Shown piece after piece: positions 58,273-64,000 of a stretch of 64,000 nt of DNA. The notes under the pieces are model-generated. The model saw only the letters and a list, made by a program, of their open reading frames with translations, did not search any database and had not been told where the DNA came from. Origin of the DNA: Diadema antillarum (taxonomy: Eukaryota). The translations under genes were made by a program, and so were the position numbers. The stretch is from contig NW_027270949.1 of NCBI RefSeq assembly GCF_040938485.1, positions 3,534,001 to 3,598,000 of the forward strand, given 5' to 3'. How positions within the stretch are numbered: the first letter of the stretch is position 1; the number at the start of each line of letters is the position of its first letter.

Positions 58273-61200
58273 GGGATGGCATCCAGCGCCATACCTGTTC
58301 CCTCCAATGAGTGCTGGGGTCATCTGGGTCATGTTCGGCTGTCCTAACGTTAGAGTTCTTGTGAATCATGTTTCCGGTTGGGGTGAAGATCCCTCAAACT
58401 GCTGGAGAACAACAACTGAAGGGCACGGCGGGCTGATTCCTGGTGACTGTCTAGTGCTAAATGGGAATTAATGGAGTGGGGCCCCTTAGGTGGTTGGCTG
58501 GCATACTTGTCACCTTCCGGCAGCTCCTGCATCCTGTCTCGCCTCAAGCCGTCTCGACTTCGTCTTGCCTCCAGCCGTCTCGACTTCGTCTTGCCACTGG
58601 ACCCGGCGTCTCAGGACGAGAGAGTGAGGCTGATCCTGCGCAAGTCTCCTTCACTTTAATCAAAGTTCAGCGAAAGTCATGACATCGCCAGCTTGGCAAC
58701 ATTGAAGTCCTGTGGCGATAGGGGAGCGGTGAAGCAGCAGGTGCGGATATACTGGGAGCTGTAGTCGTAAACCTACACACAGGCGGCTTAGGACATGTGG
58801 TCGCTCTTCACTGGACCGAGGCAGCAGTGGAGTTCGGCAACCTTCTGAGCGACCGAGCAGCCCTCGTGAGGATTGCTCTGCTCGCCTCCTCAGCAAGAGG
58901 ACGGGGCTAGAAAAGGTGCCCTAAACATAGCCTGCCTCACCTTACCCTGGCCAGCATACCGCGGCTGGCGGGGATCCCTCTTAGCGGTCGAAACACAAGA
59001 AAAAAAGAAAACAAAAGCGCTCACCCAAGCATCATGGAATGTGAGAACTCTACTTGATGACACAAAAGCAAGCAGGCCAGAGAGACGCACTGCGCTGGTC
59101 GCCAGAGAACTGGCTCGCTACAATGTTGACATAGCTGCTCTTAGCGAAACACGGTTAGCAGAAAAAGGTCAGTTAACTGAAATTGGTGGTGGCAACACAT
59201 TCTTCTGGAGTGAACGTAGCAGTGGAGAGAGAAGAGAGGCTGGTGTTGGATTTGCTGTCAAATCCATCCACGTGCAAAAACTAGCAAGCATCCCTGCGGG
59301 ACTCAATGACCGTTTGATGTCAATGCATCTCCTACTTGAAAAGAAGACAAGTGCAACCATCATAAGTGCCTACGCTCCGACCATGAAAAACCCTGATGAG
59401 GTCAAGGACAAATTTTATGAGGATCTTTATTCTCTCATCGCTTCTACAAAGTCTGAGAAGCTCATCATCCTTGGTGATTTCAATGCTCGAGTAGGGGCCT
59501 GACCATCATGCCTGGCACAATGTACTAGGAAAACATGGCATTGGAAATTGTAACAGCAACGGGCACCTCCTCCTCAGATTTTGCTCCTCTCACGACCTAG
59601 TAATCACCAACACCATGTTTCGACTACCGACTCGGAACAAGACTTCATGGATGCACCCTCGCTCGAAGCATTGGCATCTTATTGACTATTTATCGTCAGG
59701 GTAAGGGACAGGCAGGACGTGAGAGTGACTAAGGCTATGTGTGGTGCTGACTGCTGGACGGATCACCGCCTGATCATCTCAAAGATGAACCTCCTAATCC
59801 AGCCCAAGAGAAGGCCACAGGGCCAGAAAGTAAAAAAGAAACTGAATATCAACAATCCCAAAGACCCCAAGAAGCTGCAAGACTTCCAAGAACACATGCA
59901 TAACCACCTAGCAGACCTTCAGCTAAACCAATCTAGCATCGAGGATCAGTGGGCAACCTTTAGGGATGCTGCTCACTCTGTCGCCCTTGAATGCCTTGGC
60001 CCAGCCACTAGGTACCATCAAGACTGGTTTGATGAAAACGACACAGAAATTCAGGAGCTCTTAGATGCAAAACAGAACCTTCTACGTGTACATCAGAATG
60101 ATCCCTCCAACGCCCGCTGCAAGGTCCAAGTAAAACTACGCCACATGAAAGACTCCTGGCTTAGTGCCAAGGCCGATGATATCCAAAGATTTGCCGACAG
60201 AAACGACATGAAGATTTTCTGTGATACCCTGAAAGCAGTCTATGGACCAAAACCGTCCGGATCATCCCCACTTCTCAGTGCTGATGGTTCTACGCTGCTG
60301 ACAGAGAAGAAGCTCATCCTAAAAAGATGGGCTGAACACTTCAACAGCGTATCAAATCGACCTGCCCAGATCAACAACGAAGCCATCGATCGCCTTTCCC
60401 AGGTGCCCATATATCACAAGCTTGATGTGCCCCCTTCAGAGAAGGAAAACGACATAGCCATCACACAGCTGTCTAGTGAGAAAGCCCCAGGCTCTGATTC
60501 CATCCCTGGAGAAGCGTACAAAAAGGGTGGCCCAATCGCCGTCATTAAGCTCACCGAGATGTACCAATCCATGTGGAGCAAAGAACAATTACCACAAGAG
60601 TTCAGAGATGCTACAGTTGTCCACATCTACAAACGGAAAGGAAATCGTCAGGTTTGTGACAACCATCGAGACATCTACCTCCTGTCTATAGCAGGCAAGA
60701 TCCTGGCCCGTGTCCTCCTCAATCGCTTACTGGAACATCTGGAGCAGGGTCATCTCCCTGAAAGTCAATGCGGCTTTCGTGCAGGTCGAGGGACCATTGA
60801 CATGATATCGTGATCTATACACAACCTTTGTTGATCTGACTAAGGCCTTCGACACGGTTAGTCGTGAGGGACTCTGAAAAAATTATGGGAAAGTTTGGCT
60901 GCCCATAAAAGTTCATTACAATTGTCCGCCAGTTTCACGATGGGATGACTGCCAAAGTTCTAAATAATGGTGAACCCTCCAAGGTCTTTCCAGTGACAAA
61001 TAGAGTCAAGCAGGGATGTGTCCTGGCCCCGACACTATTCAGTATGACGTTCTCGGCAATGCTCTCAGACGCCTTCAAAGACTGCGAACCTGGCGTCAAC
61101 ATTATGTACAAGTCGGATGGAAAGCTCTTTAATCTTAGGCGCTTGAAGGCCATCACGAAGGTGAAGGAGACCGTCATCAAAGACTTCCTGTTTGCCGACG

Positions 61201-62170
61201 ACTGTGCACTCAATGCCAATGGTGAGCACGAGATGCAGATGGAGGTATGGACATATTTTCCTCTACCTGTGACAACTTCGGCCTTACCATCAGCACCAAG
61301 AAGACTGAGGTGATGTTCCAACCAGCCTTAGGGAACCAGTACCACAAACCACAAATCCAGGTGAATAGACAGACTCTCCAGGCAGCAAAGACCTTCACCT
61401 ATCTGGGCAGCACCCTCTCCAATTTTGTCACAATTGATGCTGAGCTCAACAACAGGATCTCTAAAGCCAGCAGTGCTTTCGGGAGACTCAGAAAAAAAAA
61501 ATGTTTGGGAGAGGAGAGGGAGCAGCCTTTCAACAAAGCTGAAAGTCTACAGCGCAGTTGTCCTCACCACGCTTCTCTATGGCTGCGAAACTTGGACTTT
61601 GCACCGGAGACATGAGAGGCGAATCAACCACTTCCATATGCGATGCCTCCGCAACCTCCTTCGCATCCGCTGGGAAGACAAAATTCCGGACACAGAGGTA
61701 CTGAAGCGGGCAGGCATCCCTAGCATTATTACCAAAATCCGCAAGGCCCAGGTGAGATGGGCAGGCCACGTCTCCCGCATGTCTGACAACCGCATCCCGA
61801 AAAATTTCTTCTATGGAGAACTCGCTGATGGAGAGCGCAAGGTAGGAGGAGAGAAAAAGCGCTTCAAAGACAAGCTGAAGCTCTACCTAAAAGACTTCTC
61901 CATCGACACCGAGTCCCGGGAGACACTTGCCGCAGATCGCCCTTCCTGGCGCCACGCTATTGCTGTAGGGGCTCGTAGAGCAGAGGAGCAGCGTGTCAAG
62001 CAGGCAGAGCACAAACGCCAGATGCGAAAAGCTAGAGCAGCCAATCCCAACAGTTTACCCCCTAACCATTTCGCCTTATCTGTGGGAGAGGCTTTCTTGC
62101 CCAGATTGGCCTCATCAGCCACGTCCGGACCCTCGAGCTAATTGATGTCATTGGTCATCCTCGAGAACAT
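58273..62170 (+). mobile_element. Near-full-length decayed RTE-clade (BovB-like) non-LTR retrotransposon in the last intron of gene 2
   Basis: APE domain [37 protein letters not shown]; RT ESQCGFR, DLTKAFD, KQGCVLAPTLF, LFADDCAL; C-terminal RWAGHV.RM. Broken by stops and frameshifts (~59500, 59700, 60810, 61250, 61500). Ends are approximate. Confidence 0.9.
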
Positions 62171-62472
62171 ACAATATAGTCAATAGTAGAATTGTAGAAT
62201 TGACTTCATCTAAACGATATACCCTTACACCTACCTGCACATACGTATAACAGAGAAATAGAGAAATTAAATCTAACCAAAATAAAAACACAAAGGGTCT
62301 ATGCAGATTAAAACATTTCTAACTATAATAATGAGATTATAGTTTGTTTTTTCATAGTATTGATACATCATCAACATAATCTAGATTGATCCTTGTTAAC
62401 GTGTGATTGGCTGAGATGATAGTTTTTATACTTTATAACGTTAGTGATTGCATATTCTATTTTTCTTTTCAG

Positions 62473-63610
62473 AAACGTCTACGACCCACGCATATGTTGC
62501 ATATCTCCAGGAGACTCTGTGTGTATGTTAGGTGAACCACCTCACCCCCTCTTCACCTGTCGAATGACTTTCCTACAGAATCTTCCTATCAAGATTTTCA
62601 TCTGGATTCTTGGGATCAGTGCACTTATCGGAAACTCCTACGTAATTGTTCAGAGATTGCAAACTAAGTTTTCACATAACGCGGCCAAAGTCCAGTCCGT
62701 CCTAATATTGAATCTTGCCATCTCTGACTTCCTAATGGGAATCTACCTCCTGATCCTAGCCATTATGGACATCGTCATTTCGGATTCCTACTTCTGGGAG
62801 GGGCGGGCCGAAGAGTGGCGAACCAGCAGCATTTGCCAGGCGGCGGGTTTCATCTCTGTACTCAGCAGCGAGACGTCTGTTTTCTTGATTACCATCATCA
62901 GCCTCGATCGAGTCATTTCCGTTCTCTTTCCGTTTAGCGAACATCGTCTTAGTGTCAAGTCGGCTCGTGTGGTAGTAGGAGTGACCTGGGGACTAGCACT
63001 TCTTCTCAGTACCTGTGCCGTCGTACTAAATTATCTCAACCCTGACGCTTACAGCCTGAGTGACGTCTGTGTGGGCCTGCCATTGATTCGCAAGAATTCT
63101 AACCTCAATAGCGTCGTTGACGAACGCACATTCAATCAGATTGGTATTGTACAGTATGCCACCGTTGCAGCAGCATCGGAGTCAACATGGCAGTTTTCCA
63201 TTGTCTTGTTCCTTGGAGTCAACTTCTTTTGTTTCTCCGTCGTACTCATCGCCTACATCATTATCTTTATCTGGGTGCGGGTGACCAGGAATAATGCGGG
63301 ACGCAAAGACAGTGAAGGAACTGAAATCAAGATGGCTGCTAAGATGTCACTTTTGGTCGGTACGGACTTCTTTTGCTGGATGCCCATCATCATTCTAGGA
63401 ATTCTTGTCCAGAGTAGTGTAATCACACTCAGCGCGGACGTCTACGCCTGGCTAGTGGTCTTTGTCCTACCTATTAACTCATCAATTAATCCGTACCTGT
63501 ACACCATTGTGGACACCGTAACCCGTAAACAGAAATCAACACGGCCAAACACGGGGAATATGCGCAATACTCAATCTAATTCTGCTAGTTCGAAAACTTA
63601 CGCTGCTTAA
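62473..63610 (+). CDS. Gene 2: hinge plus 7TM terminal exon of a GRL101/LGR-type GPCR
   Basis: Acceptor ttttcttttcAG at 62471-72, phase 2. DPRICC, LNLAISDFLMG, SLDRV, DFFCWMP and NSSINPYLY motifs. Stop at 63608-63610. Confidence 0.94.
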
Positions 63611-63796
63611 GAATGTATATGCCATGCTTCTCTAAGATCAAGATGGTTCCACAAAAATCTGGTAAAAATAAAACAAAACAAAACAACCCCACAAAACAAC
63701 AACAACAAAACAACAACAACAACAAAACAACCATTCCGCTGGTCCACTCTTAGGAGAATGTCGTTCTCGAATCAGGAACAGTGTCAAGGCCTATAT

Positions 63797-64000
63797 TCTA
63801 TATGTGACAGTGCACCTCAAAACAAACAAAAAGTCGCCAGACATGAATTTTTAGTTAAGACCATATTCTGAAAGAGCAGACTTTAAGCTTTAAAATGATG
63901 TATAACTCTAATCAAATGGACTCTCCTAACCTATCTAAATATTGGAAAGAAAGCACAAACTCAGGAAAAGTGTCAACTGAGAAAAGAGGCTCTGAAGTAC
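63797..64000 (+). repeat. Dispersed repeat, same family as 29393-29585, running off the window end
   Basis: Ordered shared blocks as listed for 29393-29585. Confidence 0.7.

Overview
Eukaryotic (intron-rich, low-GC) genomic DNA, probably from a marine invertebrate deuterostome such as an echinoderm. That assignment is an inference from the gene family and repeat types. The window holds two tandem, same-strand paralogs of a GRL101/LGR-type leucine-rich-repeat GPCR. Gene 1 shows only its last LRR exon (14906-14983) and 7TM exon (16413-17499). Gene 2 can be assembled by hand from splice sites as signal peptide - CUB - LDLa x2 - LRRNT - 8 LRR exons - 7TM (~38.6-63.6 kb, about 860 aa). The first 14 kb is a retroelement nest. 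A deleted minus-strand Gmr1-type (PR-IN-RT order) LTR element carries, apparently inside its LTR, an intact and very recent Ty3/Gypsy element (4679-13888). That element has LTRs identical except for one A, a TTAC target-site duplication (TSD) and a -1 frameshift signal, and its RT has an atypical HHDD catalytic motif. A decayed near-full-length RTE LINE lies in the last intron of gene 2. Many non-autonomous DNA transposons (Harbinger-like, TTAA/Kolobok-like, pogo-like), SINEs, LINE fragments and microsatellites fill the rest. No CRISPR array, rRNA or genuine tRNA gene was seen.
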